Shown here one piece after another: positions 24,838 to 36,954 of a DNA stretch of 64,000 nucleotides (the stretch's first letter is position 1; the number at the start of each line of letters is the position of its first letter). Both the position numbers and the translations under genes were made by a program. The stretch is from the NCBI RefSeq assembly GCF_024223415.1, contig NZ_CP100500.1, one strand, 5' to 3'. The stretch is from Escherichia coli (GTDB lineage: Bacteria > Pseudomonadota > Gammaproteobacteria > Enterobacterales > Enterobacteriaceae). The notes below the pieces were generated by a model. It was given only the letters and a program-made list of their open reading frames with translations. It searched no databases and was not told where the DNA came from.

Positions 24838-27102
24838 CTACCCGTTATCCACTGGCACGCCAAACCACTGATGATACCAACGAGGTAAAATTTGCTCCCT
24901 GAGGCTGCTAATCCGCCAGCCTTGCGCTGAAAAATCGACCGTTACTTGCCCCTGATGAGGAGTATCAAGCCACGTATAACCTTGTTGTTGATAGCGATGC
25001 TTAACTTTGTTAGAGGGCAGTCGCCATGCGTTATAGCGCGATGCCGATGCGAGTGCCACTTTTCCATTCACTCGCTGAATTAATGGCAACGATGATGAGG
25101 TATTACTGCCATGGTGAGGTACCTGAAGCAATGTTGCCTGCACTTGCTGCCAGTAACGGCTTAGCATCTTTTGTTCAGCTGGGGCTTCAATATCACCGGT
25201 TAGAAGAATGCTATTCGTCCCGTCATCAACCTTAACCACACAGGAATGGTTATTTCCTTTATCGTTGCTACCTTGTAAAGGCCAGTGCGCGCTGAAACGC
25301 AATCCTTGCCATTGCCACGCTTCGCCACGCACACAGGGCTGATGATGTTCCCAGTTTAACGAACTTCTGATCCATAACATCGGCCATATATGCAATATTG
25401 AATCCAGCCCTCCCCGGTGATCCAGATGTTCATGGCTCAGAATAACGCCTTCCGGTTCAAGATTATGCCAGTGGAGCCAGGGGATAATCAGTTGTTGCCC
25501 ACTATCCCCTTCGGGCCAGGCCAGTCCCGTGTCATAGAGAATCGCTTTGCCGTTTCTGGCTATCACCATTGCCAGCCCTTGCCCGACATCAAGCATGTAC
25601 ACTTGCCACTCGTCAGGTCGAGGTTTTTGCCACAGCGGCCAGCACATCAGCAAGCCTACAGCCACACACATTGCTGGCAACGTTCGCCAGGCGTTTAATC
25701 GCCATACCACCAGTAAGAACCATGGGGAAAATGATAGCCATTGCCAACGTTCAGCAATGTTGATCCACCCTTCTGGCAAACTCTTTAACCCCCAGAAAAG
25801 TAAAGCCAAAGACCGGTCGGCAAGAAACCATAACCCTTGCTCCAGGATTAACGGCACGCTTAAATGCACAACCATCGCGGCGAGGATCAACGGAACTGTG
25901 ATAAATGTCACCAAGGGAATTGCTAATAGATTTGCAATAAACGAGGTCAGACTAATGCCATGAAATATGACGATTTGCACGGGCATAAGCAGAAGTGTGA
26001 TTCCCAGTTGCAGATGGATGAGGGAAACAACTGCACGCAATACCGGCGGCAGTTGCCACTCAGGACAGGGAAACCACTGATACCAAAATATCAATGCCGC
26101 GACCGCAGCGGCAGAGAGCCATAAACTTTGCGAGAGAATGGCAACAGGATCCATCAGCAAAATTGCCGCCAGACAACATATCCATACATCCCAGCCACTC
26201 CACTGTCGCCCACTTAACTTAAGCATTCCCCACGTAGCAAGCGCCACGACGGTACGCAATGCAGGAGGTTGCATTCCCGTCAGCCAGGCATAAAAAGCAG
26301 CACAGCAGATTCCGCCAATTAATGGCATTTGCCAGTGGATCCAGCGCCCAGGCAGAAAAATTTGTCCACTGCGAATGAGTCCGGCAGCCAGCAACGCCGC
26401 AAAAGCGATGTGCAATCCCGATATCGCCATTAAATGCGCCGTTCCAGTATCACGCATGATATTTTTGATTTCTTTAGGGACGGATAACCGTTCCCCCATA
26501 CCTAAACCAAGAATAACCGCATTCCACATATAGGGTTGCAGCGTTGTTTGTAGTGACGCCAGATACTGTGCACGCAGGCTACAATTCGGTTCAATAACAC
26601 TTGCCTGCAGAAAGCGGCCGGTGAGCGGCTGATGCTGGGCAATGGCATAACGCTGGCTATCAAAACCGCCATCATTAAGTTGACCATGAACGGCACGAAC
26701 TTTGAGTTTCATTGACCACAGTTGTCCGGCACAAACCGCTTGCGGAAGATATTCGCCATACAGCACAAGGCCTGGCGCAGGGAATATACGTTGACCTTGT
26801 AGATAAGTAATTTGACCGTAATGAGTGGTCATGCCGTCAGTAGCAGTGATCTCAACAATTGCATCCTGCGTCGCGCCAGTTAAGGTTTCTCCTGCCAACA
26901 AAATTTGCTTTGCTGATAATATGCCCCAAACGAAAAACAGCAACGTCAGCGCGATATAACGGACGGTTTTTACAGGGATAAATGCCAGTACGCAGGCGAA
27001 GAGAGTCAGAAACGCAAGGGTTAATGTCCCAGGCAATTGGGGCAAAATCAGCAACGGAAAAATTCCGCAAATTATGCATACGCCGACTGTCGTTATTTTC
27101 AT
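24838..27102 (-). CDS. ycaI: ComEC/Rec2-family inner-membrane protein YcaI
   Basis: ORF track 24838..27180; start moved to MKITTVGVCIICG (754 aa); polytopic, C-terminal MBL-like HxHxDH. Confidence 0.85.
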   Translation of the reverse strand: MKITTVGVCIICGIFPLLILPQLPGTLTLAFLTLFACVLAFIPVKTVRYIALTLLFFVWGILSAKQILLAGETLTGATQDAIVEITATDGMTTHYGQITYLQGQRIFPAPGLVLYGEYLPQAVCAGQLWSMKLKVRAVHGQLNDGGFDSQRYAIAQHQPLTGRFLQASVIEPNCSLRAQYLASLQTTLQPYMWNAVILGLGMGERLSVPKEIKNIMRDTGTAHLMAISGLHIAFAALLAAGLIRSGQIFLPGRWIHWQMPLIGGICCAAFYAWLTGMQPPALRTVVALATWGMLKLSGRQWSGWDVWICCLAAILLMDPVAILSQSLWLSAAAVAALIFWYQWFPCPEWQLPPVLRAVVSLIHLQLGITLLLMPVQIVIFHGISLTSFIANLLAIPLVTFITVPLILAAMVVHLSVPLILEQGLWFLADRSLALLFWGLKSLPEGWINIAERWQWLSFSPWFLLVVWRLNAWRTLPAMCVAVGLLMCWPLWQKPRPDEWQVYMLDVGQGLAMVIARNGKAILYDTGLAWPEGDSGQQLIIPWLHWHNLEPEGVILSHEHLDHRGGLDSILHIWPMLWIRSSLNWEHHQPCVRGEAWQWQGLRFSAHWPLQGSNDKGNNHSCVVKVDDGTNSILLTGDIEAPAEQKMLSRYWQQVQATLLQVPHHGSNTSSSLPLIQRVNGKVALASASRYNAWRLPSNKVKHRYQQQGYTWLDTPHQGQVTVDFSAQGWRISSLREQILPRWYHQWFGVPVDNG

Positions 27103-27308
27103 GCACCCCTCCCTGTTTATGGAAAGTGTGCAACTTTGTTGAGCGGTTGTCTGGTGGGAATTTTGCGTTCCCCGAGGCACATTCAGAAGAATTTAACGAA
27201 AGGGTGAAAACTGCTCAAAACTCTGCGAGGCAGCTTCCAGTTCCAGATTAGATAAATGAAAAAAGCACCCGACAGGTGCTTTTCTCTCGTTCAAGTTTGA
27301 GTAAAAAC

Positions 27309-27593
27309 TTAACCGTAAATATTGGCGCGATCGCGCAGTTCTTTACCAGGTTTAAAGTGAGGAACGTATTTTCCTTCCAGTTCTACTTTATCGCCAGTCT
27401 TCGGATTACGTCCGGTACGTGGTGCGCGGTAGTGCAAAGAGAAACTGCCGAAACCGCGGATTTCAATACGCTCGCCCTGCGCAAGAGTCGAGGCCATATG
27501 CTCCAGCATCTCTTTTACTGCATCTTCAACCGTCTTGGCGGGAATGTGCGATTGCTGGGTGGCAAGTCTTTCTATCAATTCTGACTTGGTCAT
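27309..27593 (-). CDS. ihfB: Integration host factor beta subunit
   Basis: 94 aa, [30 protein letters not shown]... Confidence 0.95.
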
Positions 27594-27752
27594 GATTCCT
27601 CCGGTTCCTTAAAGGCAAATTAAGCGGCTGCTGTTGCTGCATTGATTAAGGGCGGCCGTAGCCGCCCTTAGTGCTTGATTACAGGACGAAACCTGCAATC
27701 TGTCAAGTAAACTCAACAAACTTCGGAATAAAAATCCCGAAGAGTCAGAGAA

Positions 27753-29426
27753 TTACTCGCCTTTAGCTGCTTTGAAAGCTTCAGCCATTGCGTTGTTGGA
27801 GAAGTTTGCATCTTCCTGTTTGTTAACAGTTGCGATTGCATCTTTCTCGTCAGCTTCGTCTTTCGCACGAACAGACAGGCTGATTGCACGGTTTTTACGA
27901 TCAACGCCGGTGAATTTAGCTTCAACTTCGTCGCCAACGCTCAGAACCAGGGTAGCGTCTTCAACGCGGTCACGGGATGCTTCAGAAGCACGCAGGTAAC
28001 CTTCAACGCCGTCAGCCAGTTCTACGGTTGCGCCTTTAGCGTCAACTGCAGTTACTTTACCGGTTACGATAGCGCCTTTCTTGTTCAGAGCAACCCAGTT
28101 GTTGAACGGATCTTCTGCGAGCTGTTTAACGCCCAGGGAGATACGTTCACGTTCTGCGTCAACCTGCAGAACAACTGCAGCGATTTCGTCGCCTTTTTTG
28201 TATTCACGAACTGCTTCTTCGCCTGCAACGTTCCAGGAGATGTCAGACAGGTGAACCAGGCCGTCGATGCCGCCGTCCAGGCCGATGAAGATACCGAAGT
28301 CAGTGATAGACTTGATTTTACCTTCAACACGGTCGCCCTTGTTGTGGGTTTCCGCGAACTGCTGCCACGGGTTAGCTTTGCACTGTTTCAGACCCAGGGA
28401 GATACGACGACGTTCTTCGTCGATATCCAGAACCATAACTTCCACTACATCGCCAACGTTAACAACTTTGGACGGGTGGATGTTTTTGTTGGTCCAATCC
28501 ATTTCGGAAACGTGTACCAGGCCTTCAACGCCTTCTTCGATTTCAACGAAGCAGCCGTAGTCGGTCAGGTTGGTCACGCGACCAGTCAGTTTGGTACCTT
28601 CCGGATAACGTTTAGCGATAGCTACCCACGGATCTTCGCCCAGCTGTTTCAGGCCCAGGGATACACGGGTACGTTCGCGGTCGAACTTCAGCACTTTAAC
28701 AGTGATTTCGTCGCCCACGTTGACGATTTCGCTCGGATGCTTAACGCGTTTCCAGGCCATGTCAGTGATGTGCAGCAGGCCGTCAACGCCGCCCAGATCA
28801 ACGAATGCACCGTAGTCAGTGAGGTTCTTAACGATACCTTTAACTTCCATGCCTTCCTGCAGGTTTTCCAGCAGCTGATCGCGCTCTGCGCTGTTTTCGG
28901 ATTCGATAACGGCACGACGAGAAACAACAACGTTGTTGCGCTTCTGATCCAGCTTGATTACTTTAAATTCAAGCTCTTTGCCTTCCAGGTGCAGAGTGTC
29001 ACGCACCGGACGAACGTCTACCAGAGAACCTGGCAGGAACGCACGAATACCGTTCAGCTCAACAGTGAAGCCGCCCTTAACTTTGCCGTTGATAACACCG
29101 GTAACAGTTTCAGCATCTTCGTAAGCTTTTTCCAGCGTGATCCAGGCTTCGTGACGTTTAGCTTTCTCACGGGACAGCAGAGTTTCACCGAAGCCGTCTT
29201 CTACTGCGTCCAGAGCAACGTCAACTTCGTCACCTACCTGGATTTCCAGCTCGCCCTGGGCGTTTTTGAACTGCTCAGCCGGGATGGCGGACTCAGATTT
29301 CAGACCAGCGTCAACCAGTACTACATCTTTGTCGATAGCAACAACAACGCCACGAACGATAGAACCCGGGCGGGTTTCGATTTCTTTTAAGGACTCTTCA
29401 AAGAGTTGAGCAAAAGATTCAGTCAT
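27753..29426 (-). CDS. rpsA: 30S ribosomal protein S1
   Basis: 557 aa, [26 protein letters not shown]..., repeated S1 domains. Confidence 0.97.
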
Positions 29427-29536
29427 GTTTAATCTTCAGGTTTATATTTAACGTCCACCTGGCTCCATGCCGGATGGGGTTGTTTAACATACCCGCTGTC
29501 ATTCCATTGCAACGGGGGTACTGCAAATTCGGTCGC

Positions 29537-30220
29537 TTATGCGAGAGCCAATTTCTGGCGCGCGTATTGTAGCGCTTTTTCAATCACTTGCTCAATGCTT
29601 AAGGTGGTGGAATCCAACACTAAAGCATCGGCTGCCGGAACCAGTGGCGCTACCGCTCGGTTACGATCGCGGTCGTCGCGTTCTTTGATCTCGGCCAAAA
29701 GGCGCTCAAAGTTAACACTAAAGCCCTTCTCCTGCAACTGTAGCATGCGGCGATGCGCACGTTCTTCCGAGGAGGCGTCAAGGAAAATTTTCACTGGCGC
29801 ATCAGGGAATACCACCGTTCCCATGTCGCGGCCATCGGCAATCAGGCCTGGTAATTCGCGAAACGCGCGTTGGCGACGCAATAATGCTTCACGAACGCGT
29901 GGGAATGCCGCGACTTGTGAAGCAGCATTCGCCACTTCCTGAGTACGAATTTCGCCGCTGACATCTTCCCCTTCGAGGATCACTTCCAGATTGCCATTGG
30001 TCGACACAAAACGTACATCCAGATGGGATGCCAGCGGCACCAGCGCATCTTCCGAAGCAACATCAACATGGTGATGTAATGCCGCTAGTGCCAGTACGCG
30101 ATAAATTGCACCCGAGTCCAGCAGATGCCATTGCAACGCTTCCGCCATAGCCTTACACAAGGTGCCTTTCCCTGCACCGCTTGGGCCATCAATGGTAATA
30201 ACCGGGGCAATTGCCGTCAT
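29537..30220 (-). CDS. cmk: Cytidylate kinase
   Basis: 227 aa; P-loop GPSGAGKGT. Confidence 0.95.
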
Positions 30221-30392
30221 CTTTATCTCCTTAAAACAGGCGTACCGTTAACATAACCGCGCGCATTATACGCGCCGACGCCACAAATCGTTAACGTTGT
30301 GTGCAAAAACCAGTTTTGTCTGTATTCAGATGGGGATTTATTGCGCAATTATAGCGGGCTGGCAGAAGACCAGCCCGAAAGATGACAATGAT

Positions 30393-31157
30393 TTACTTAC
30401 CAGAGGCGATACGATCACGGATGTGTTGCGCACGCTCTGTTGATGGTGGGTGAGAGTCAAACATGGACTGAGTGCGACCGCCATCCAGGCTGGCCAGTTT
30501 TTCAAAGCTACCGACCAGCCCCTGGGTGCTGATGCCACGTTTCTTCAACAGATCAAAGGAGAAATCATCTGCTTCGGACTCTTTATCGCGGGAGTATTTC
30601 GCATTGATAGCGCCTTCTGCGATATCACCCAATTGTGAGCGGGAAAGCTGGGAAGCCACACCGCTGGTAGCTGAAATGGCATCGCGTGCGGCAACGATCG
30701 CATAAGAAGCTTTCATTTCAGCCAGCGAGTGACCCAACGCGACGTGGCCCAGTTCATGGCCCAGAACGCCTTCAATTTCGTTATCGTTCATCATGTCCAT
30801 CAGGCCACTGTAAACACGAACACAGCCGTTCGCCATCGCCCATGCGTTGACGTCGCTGGTCATATAAACCTTATAGTTGACCGGCGTGCCATTAATATTG
30901 TTACCCAATGCTTTGGCGATTTTTGCCAGACGTTTACCGTACTTGCTGGATTTACTTGCGACTTGATTGCCGCTGTCCATTTCGGCACAGCCCTGATTGG
31001 CAATCGCTTTTGCATCGGCATCGCTTAACGTTGCTGCTTTATAGGCATTTAAACCGGAGCTGATAGCCATATTGGTATCAATACCGTGGGTATTTTGACA
31101 CCCTGTCAGTAATGCTGCAGAGGTCGCAATCGCCAGCAGTAATTTAGTATTCTTCAT
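30393..31157 (-). CDS. ycaL: M48-family metalloprotease lipoprotein YcaL
   Basis: ORF track 30393..31181; start moved to MKNTKLLLAIATSAALLTGC (lipobox), 254 aa; HELGHVALGH motif. Confidence 0.88.
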   Translation of the reverse strand: MKNTKLLLAIATSAALLTGCQNTHGIDTNMAISSGLNAYKAATLSDADAKAIANQGCAEMDSGNQVASKSSKYGKRLAKIAKALGNNINGTPVNYKVYMTSDVNAWAMANGCVRVYSGLMDMMNDNEIEGVLGHELGHVALGHSLAEMKASYAIVAARDAISATSGVASQLSRSQLGDIAEGAINAKYSRDKESEADDFSFDLLKKRGISTQGLVGSFEKLASLDGGRTQSMFDSHPPSTERAQHIRDRIASGK

Positions 31158-31325
31158 GTGAATCATCCGTTGATTAATCATATATAAATATTATGTATCA
31201 ACAACTTACATTGACAAGCGACGCTACCATTAATCAAAATGACTCACAAGGTCCGAAAAAAAACGCCGGCAATGTGCCGGCGTGTTGATAAAGAAAGATT
31301 TGGCTATTTATTGCCCGTTGCTCAT

Positions 31326-32609
31326 TCAGGCTGCCTGGCTAATCCGCGCCAGCTGCTCGAAATAATCCGGAAATGTTTTGCCCGTACATTTGGGATCAAG
31401 AATCGTCACTGGTGTATCTGACAACGCCACCAGCGAAAAACACATCGCCATCCGGTGATCATTGTATGTCGCGATCTCGGCAAAGTTCAGTTTTTCCGGT
31501 GGAGTGATACGAATGTAATCGTGCCCCTCTTCTACTTCCGCACCGACTTTACGCAGTTCTGTTGCCATCGCAAACAGGCGATCGGTCTCTTTAACACGCC
31601 AGTTATAGATATTGCGCAGCGTGGTGGTGCCTTTTGCAAATAACGCCGCGGTGGCAATGGTCATCGCCGCATCGGGAATATGGTTCATATCCATATCAAT
31701 AGCGTTCAGTTCACCACGCGTACAGGAAATATAATCATCGCCCCAGCAAATGGTCGCGCCCATTTTTTCCAGCACATCAGCAAAGCGAATATCACCCTGC
31801 ATACTGTTACGTCCAATACCGGTCACTTTTACAGTGCCGCCTTTGATTGCTGCTGCTGCCAGAAAGTAAGAAGCCGAAGATGCATCGCCTTCGACCAAAT
31901 AAGTACCCGGAGACTGATAAGACTGCCCGCCTTTTACGACAAATTGTTGATAGTGCTGATTTTCAATTTCAACACCAAACGTCTTCATCAGATTGAGTGT
32001 GATGTCGATATAAGGTTTAGAAACCAGATCGCCTTTAATACGAATCACCGTATCTTTCGGCGCAAGAGGCGCAGTCATTAACAGTGCGGTGAGGAATTGG
32101 CTGGAAACGGAGCCATCAACGTCAACGTTGCCGCCAGTAAAGCCGCCCTGTAAACGCAACGGCGGATAATTTTCTTGTTCCAGGTAAGTGATCTTCGCCC
32201 CGCCAAGGCGCAGCGCATCCACCAGATGACCAATCGGGCGCTCTTTCATACGCGGCTCACCGGTCAGCACAATATCATTGCTACCCAGACAAAGAGCTGC
32301 CGCCAGCGGACGCATTGCCGTTCCGGCGTTACCGAGGAACAACTCCAGGGCACCTTCTGCGTGTAATGGACCGCCGTTACCGATAATTTCGCAACGTGTA
32401 CGATCGGCTGAAAGCGTATAGCTTACCCCTAACGCTGTTAATGCATTCAGCATATGGCGCACGTCATCGCTATCCAGCAGATTGGTTAATACTGTTTTGC
32501 CGTGTGCTAATGCCGCCAGCAATAAAGCGCGGTTAGAAACGCTCTTGGAACCGGGCAGATTAATAGTGCCATCGACACGAGCGATGGGTTGTAACGTCAG
32601 GGATTCCAT
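31326..32609 (-). CDS. aroA: 3-phosphoshikimate 1-carboxyvinyltransferase (EPSP synthase)
   Basis: 427 aa, [35 protein letters not shown]... Confidence 0.97.
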   Translation of the reverse strand: MESLTLQPIARVDGTINLPGSKSVSNRALLLAALAHGKTVLTNLLDSDDVRHMLNALTALGVSYTLSADRTRCEIIGNGGPLHAEGALELFLGNAGTAMRPLAAALCLGSNDIVLTGEPRMKERPIGHLVDALRLGGAKITYLEQENYPPLRLQGGFTGGNVDVDGSVSSQFLTALLMTAPLAPKDTVIRIKGDLVSKPYIDITLNLMKTFGVEIENQHYQQFVVKGGQSYQSPGTYLVEGDASSASYFLAAAAIKGGTVKVTGIGRNSMQGDIRFADVLEKMGATICWGDDYISCTRGELNAIDMDMNHIPDAAMTIATAALFAKGTTTLRNIYNWRVKETDRLFAMATELRKVGAEVEEGHDYIRITPPEKLNFAEIATYNDHRMAMCFSLVALSDTPVTILDPKCTGKTFPDYFEQLARISQAA

Positions 32610-32679
32610 GAACTCAACTCTCTACAACAGAAATAAAAACCCCACAGGCTGGCTGTGGGGATTAAGCAAAATTTCGGCA

Positions 32680-33768
32680 TTAACCGTGACGGCGTTCGAA
32701 CTCAACCATGAAGTCTGTCAGCGCTTTAACGCCTTCCAGCGGCATGGCATTATAAATAGACGCGCGCATTCCGCCGACCACACGGTGACCTTTCAGTGCA
32801 TGAAGGCCTGCAGCAAAAGACTCTTCAAGGAACAATTTGTCAAGCGCACTGTCCGCCAACTGGAACGGCACGTTCATCCGCGAACGGTTAGCTTTCGCCA
32901 CGTCATTGCGGTAGAAATCGCTGTTATCAATCACCCCATATAGCAGTTCTGCTTTTTGCTGATTGATTTTATCCATTTCAGCTACACCGCCGTTCGCTTT
33001 CAGCCATTTAAAGACCAGACCAGACAGATACCAGGCAAATGTCGGCGGCGTGTTAAACATGGAGCCATTATCGTTGAGGATGGAATAATCCAGAATCGAC
33101 GGACACGCGACATTCGCTTTGCCCAGCAAATCTTCACGGACGATGACGATTGTCAGGCCTGCCGGGCCGATATTTTTCTGCGCGCCAGCGTAAATCACGC
33201 CATAACGGCTGACGTCAATCGGACGGGAAAGAATGGTTGAAGAGAAGTCGGCGGCAACCACCACATCTTTGCCGAAGTCTGGCGTTTCGTCGATGGCGAT
33301 ACCGTCGATGGTTTCATTCGGGCAGTAATGCATATAAGCAGCATTATCAGAGAGTTGCCATTCACGCATTGGCTTAACCGCGCGCAGACCATCAACAGTC
33401 ACTTTGGCGTCAAAGACATTAGGCGTGCAGTATTTTTTCGCTTCTTTAATGGCACTTGCCGCCCAGTAACCGGCATCAACATAATCTGCGGTGGTTTTAT
33501 CACCGAGAATATTCAGCGGAACAGCAGCAAACTGACCGCGACCGCCGCCATGGCAGAACAATACCTTGTAGTTGGAGGGGACATTAAGAAGATCGCGAAA
33601 ATCCTTCTCGGCTTCCTCTGCAACCTGAATGAACTCTTTGCCACGGTGACTCACTTCCATCACCGACGTACCAAGACCGTTCCAGTCACGCAGTTCCTGT
33701 TGAGCCTGTTTAAGCACCTCTGCCGGTAGCATTGCCGGACCAGAACTAAAATTGAAGATTTGAGCCAT
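32680..33768 (-). CDS. serC: Phosphoserine aminotransferase
   Basis: 362 aa, [26 protein letters not shown]... Confidence 0.97.
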   Translation of the reverse strand: MAQIFNFSSGPAMLPAEVLKQAQQELRDWNGLGTSVMEVSHRGKEFIQVAEEAEKDFRDLLNVPSNYKVLFCHGGGRGQFAAVPLNILGDKTTADYVDAGYWAASAIKEAKKYCTPNVFDAKVTVDGLRAVKPMREWQLSDNAAYMHYCPNETIDGIAIDETPDFGKDVVVAADFSSTILSRPIDVSRYGVIYAGAQKNIGPAGLTIVIVREDLLGKANVACPSILDYSILNDNGSMFNTPPTFAWYLSGLVFKWLKANGGVAEMDKINQQKAELLYGVIDNSDFYRNDVAKANRSRMNVPFQLADSALDKLFLEESFAAGLHALKGHRVVGGMRASIYNAMPLEGVKALTDFMVEFERRHG

Positions 33769-33966
33769 TTCCCCTCACCACGTTGCGTTGCCATTAACCC
33801 CCAGTCAATCGATTGCGACCGCGGGTAATATGTTATTCCTGTGGCTATCGGTTTTATCATTCAGTGACACGCATCGCAATGGGTAAAACCGTTGAGGGCA
33901 AAAATGCGGCACGCGTCACACAACAGAATCTCTCGGATTATTACCAAAAAACCGATATTTTTGCTG

Positions 33967-34659
33967 TCAGGTCACCCGTTTAGCCCGACTTGCCTTCGTC
34001 CATTCTGGATTTGCACAGCGCGGACATAATTGTTTTTCCCCCGCGTTCATATGAATGATTTCACTACAACGGATGCAGGCATAGTCCGCCGACTCCGGCA
34101 CCACTTTGTAACGCTGAGTACAATCACTGGGTAAAATAAGTAAACCTGGTTTCACCTTGTCATCTTCAAAGAAATAGACACTGATTTGCCCGTTGGTTTC
34201 GAGAATCGCCAGACGTACTTGCCCCAACTGCTCTACACCGCGCAATCGTAGCTCCATAAAGAACTCAAATTCCGTCATGTTGGAGTTATTGAGTTTCGAC
34301 CAGGCCAGCTCGCCATCTTCAATAATGACAACCGGCTTACCTTCCAGAAGATCTTCCAGTTTTTCACTGTGTGCCATCAACCACATTACCAGGCGGTATA
34401 ACAACGCCAGAGTGATAAAGACGATAAGTACCGGGACCATCGGCACATCATCATAAAACGCCACATCTCCCGCCGCTGACCCCAGCGTCAGAATGATTAA
34501 CACTTCAAACAGCGACATCTGCCGCACTCCGCGTCTTCCGGTCATTTTGAGGAACAAAAAAACCAGTACAAAGGTATACAGACTACGTAGTGCAACTTCG
34601 CCAAGGAAATCAAAAGGCACTTTATCAAATGCCATACGGTGGAGATCGAACGCCTTCAT
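33967..34659 (-). CDS. ycaP: DUF421-family membrane protein YcaP
   Basis: 230 aa, N-terminal TM helices. Confidence 0.8.
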   Translation of the reverse strand: MKAFDLHRMAFDKVPFDFLGEVALRSLYTFVLVFLFLKMTGRRGVRQMSLFEVLIILTLGSAAGDVAFYDDVPMVPVLIVFITLALLYRLVMWLMAHSEKLEDLLEGKPVVIIEDGELAWSKLNNSNMTEFEFFMELRLRGVEQLGQVRLAILETNGQISVYFFEDDKVKPGLLILPSDCTQRYKVVPESADYACIRCSEIIHMNAGEKQLCPRCANPEWTKASRAKRVT

Positions 34660-34788
34660 TTTTATGCTCTTAACGTGGTTTATCCGCTAAAAGCATAGTC
34701 AACAGTTCATCGGCATGGCGGCGGTGATAGCGCCTTTGAGATAAAACCCGTATTATTGCGCGCTTTCCGTACGACTAAAGTGATTTTC

Positions 34789-36549
34789 ATGACGCAAACA
34801 TTTATCCCCGGCAAAGATGCCGCACTGGAAGATTCCATCGCTCGCTTCCAGCAAAAACTTTCAGACCTCGGCTTTCAGATTGAAGAGGCCTCCTGGCTGA
34901 ATCCCGTGCCTAACGTCTGGTCTGTACATATTCGCGACAAAGAGTGCGCACTGTGTTTTACCAACGGTAAAGGCGCAACCAAGAAAGCGGCGCTGGCTTC
35001 TGCACTCGGTGAATATTTCGAGCGTCTCTCAACCAACTACTTTTTTGCTGATTTCTGGCTGGGCGAAACCATCGCCAACGGTCCATTTGTGCATTATCCC
35101 AACGAAAAATGGTTCCCACTGACCGAAAATGACGATGTGCCAGAAGGGCTGCTCGATGACCGTCTGCGCGCATTTTACGATCCGGAGAATGAATTGACCG
35201 GCAGTATGCTGATTGACCTACAATCCGGTAACGAAGATCGTGGTATTTGCGGTCTGCCGTTTACGCGTCAGTCCGACAATCAGACCGTTTATATTCCGAT
35301 GAATATCATTGGTAACCTGTACGTTTCTAACGGTATGTCTGCTGGCAATACCCGTAACGAAGCACGCGTTCAGGGGTTGTCCGAAGTTTTCGAACGCTAC
35401 GTGAAAAACCGCATTATTGCTGAAAGCATCAGCTTGCCGGAAATCCCGGCAGACGTGCTGGCACGTTATCCAGCAGTAGTTGAAGCGATCGAAACGCTGG
35501 AAGCGGAAGGTTTCCCGATCTTCGCTTATGACGGTTCGCTTGGCGGCCAGTATCCGGTGATTTGCGTGGTACTGTTTAATCCTGCTAACGGCACCTGCTT
35601 TGCCTCTTTCGGTGCGCATCCTGATTTTGGCGTAGCACTGGAACGTACCGTGACCGAGCTGCTGCAAGGTCGTGGCCTGAAAGATTTGGATGTGTTTACT
35701 CCGCCAACCTTCGATGATGAAGAAGTCGCTGAACATACCAACCTCGAAACGCACTTTATCGATTCCAGCGGTTTAATCTCCTGGGACCTGTTCAAGCAGG
35801 ATGCCGATTATCCGTTTGTGGACTGGAATTTCTCCGGCACCACGGAAGAAGAGTTTGCCACGCTGATGGCTATCTTCAACAAAGAAGATAAAGAAGTTTA
35901 TATTGCCGATTACGAGCATCTGGGCGTTTATGCTTGCCGTATTATCGTGCCTGGCATGTCCGATATTTATCCGGCTGAAGATCTGTGGCTCGCGAATAAC
36001 AGTATGGGCAGCCATTTACGTGAAACGATTCTTTCGCTACCAGGCAGCGAGTGGGAAAAAGAAGATTACCTGAACCTCATCGAGCAACTGGATGAAGAAG
36101 GTTTTGATGACTTTACCCGCGTGCGTGAGCTGTTGGGTCTGGCGACCGGGTCGGATAACGGTTGGTACACCCTGCGTATTGGTGAATTAAAAGCCATGCT
36201 GGCGCTGGCTGGTGGCGATCTGGAACAGGCTCTGGTCTGGACCGAATGGACGATGGAGTTTAACTCATCGGTATTCAGCCCGGAACGCGCCAACTATTAT
36301 CGCTGCCTGCAAACGTTGTTATTACTGGCGCAGGAAGAAGATCGCCAGCCGCTGCAATATCTGAATGCGTTTGTTCGCATGTACGGCGCAGATGCCGTGG
36401 AAGCCGCTAGTGCGGCAATGAGCGGCGAAGCGGCGTTTTATGGCTTGCAACCAGTAGATAGCGATCTGCACGCGTTTGCTGCACATCAGTCGCTGTTGAA
36501 GGCCTACGAAAAGCTGCAGCGCGCCAAAGCAGCATTCTGGGCAAAATAA
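34789..36549 (+). CDS. ycaO: YcaO-family protein
   Basis: ORF track 34756..36549; start moved to MTQTFIPGKDAALEDSIARFQQKL (586 aa). Confidence 0.9.
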   Translation: MTQTFIPGKDAALEDSIARFQQKLSDLGFQIEEASWLNPVPNVWSVHIRDKECALCFTNGKGATKKAALASALGEYFERLSTNYFFADFWLGETIANGPFVHYPNEKWFPLTENDDVPEGLLDDRLRAFYDPENELTGSMLIDLQSGNEDRGICGLPFTRQSDNQTVYIPMNIIGNLYVSNGMSAGNTRNEARVQGLSEVFERYVKNRIIAESISLPEIPADVLARYPAVVEAIETLEAEGFPIFAYDGSLGGQYPVICVVLFNPANGTCFASFGAHPDFGVALERTVTELLQGRGLKDLDVFTPPTFDDEEVAEHTNLETHFIDSSGLISWDLFKQDADYPFVDWNFSGTTEEEFATLMAIFNKEDKEVYIADYEHLGVYACRIIVPGMSDIYPAEDLWLANNSMGSHLRETILSLPGSEWEKEDYLNLIEQLDEEGFDDFTRVRELLGLATGSDNGWYTLRIGELKAMLALAGGDLEQALVWTEWTMEFNSSVFSPERANYYRCLQTLLLLAQEEDRQPLQYLNAFVRMYGADAVEAASAAMSGEAAFYGLQPVDSDLHAFAAHQSLLKAYEKLQRAKAAFWAK

Positions 36550-36954
36550 AATCAAATAGCCTACGCAATGTAGGCTTAATGATTCGTCTGAGTTATATTA
36601 CGGGGCGTTTTTTTAATGCCCCGCTTTACATATATTTGCATTAATAAAATAATTGTAATTATAAGGTTAAATATCGGTAATTTGTATTTAATAAATACGA
36701 TCGATATTGTTACTTTATTCGCCTGGTGCTCCCTTTTAATTAACTGTTTTAGCGGAGGATGCGGAAAAAATTCAACTCATTTGTTAATTTTTAAAATTTA
36801 TTTTTATTTGGATAATCAAATATTTACTCCGTATTTGCATAAAAACCATGCGAGTTACGGGCCTATAAGCCAGGCGAGATATGATCTATATCAATTTCTC
36901 ATCTATAATGCTTTGTTAGTATCTCGTCGCCGACTTAATAAAGAGAGAGTTAGT
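36550..36954 (+). promoter_or_regulatory. focA-pflB upstream regulatory region
   Basis: ~400-bp AT-rich non-coding stretch upstream of the focA GTG start; hairpins AGCCTACgcaatGTAGGCT and GGGGCgtttttttaatGCCCC at its 5' side. Confidence 0.6.

Noticed and set aside
28251-29390. 379-aa ORF on the plus strand
   Set aside because: Antisense to rpsA; this is a codon-bias shadow frame with no RBS context.
36616-36954. N-terminal 113-codon extension of the focA ORF
   Set aside because: It is AT-rich promoter sequence with an implausible translation; the known FocA start (KADNPFDLL...) is the in-frame GTG at about 36955 with its own RBS.
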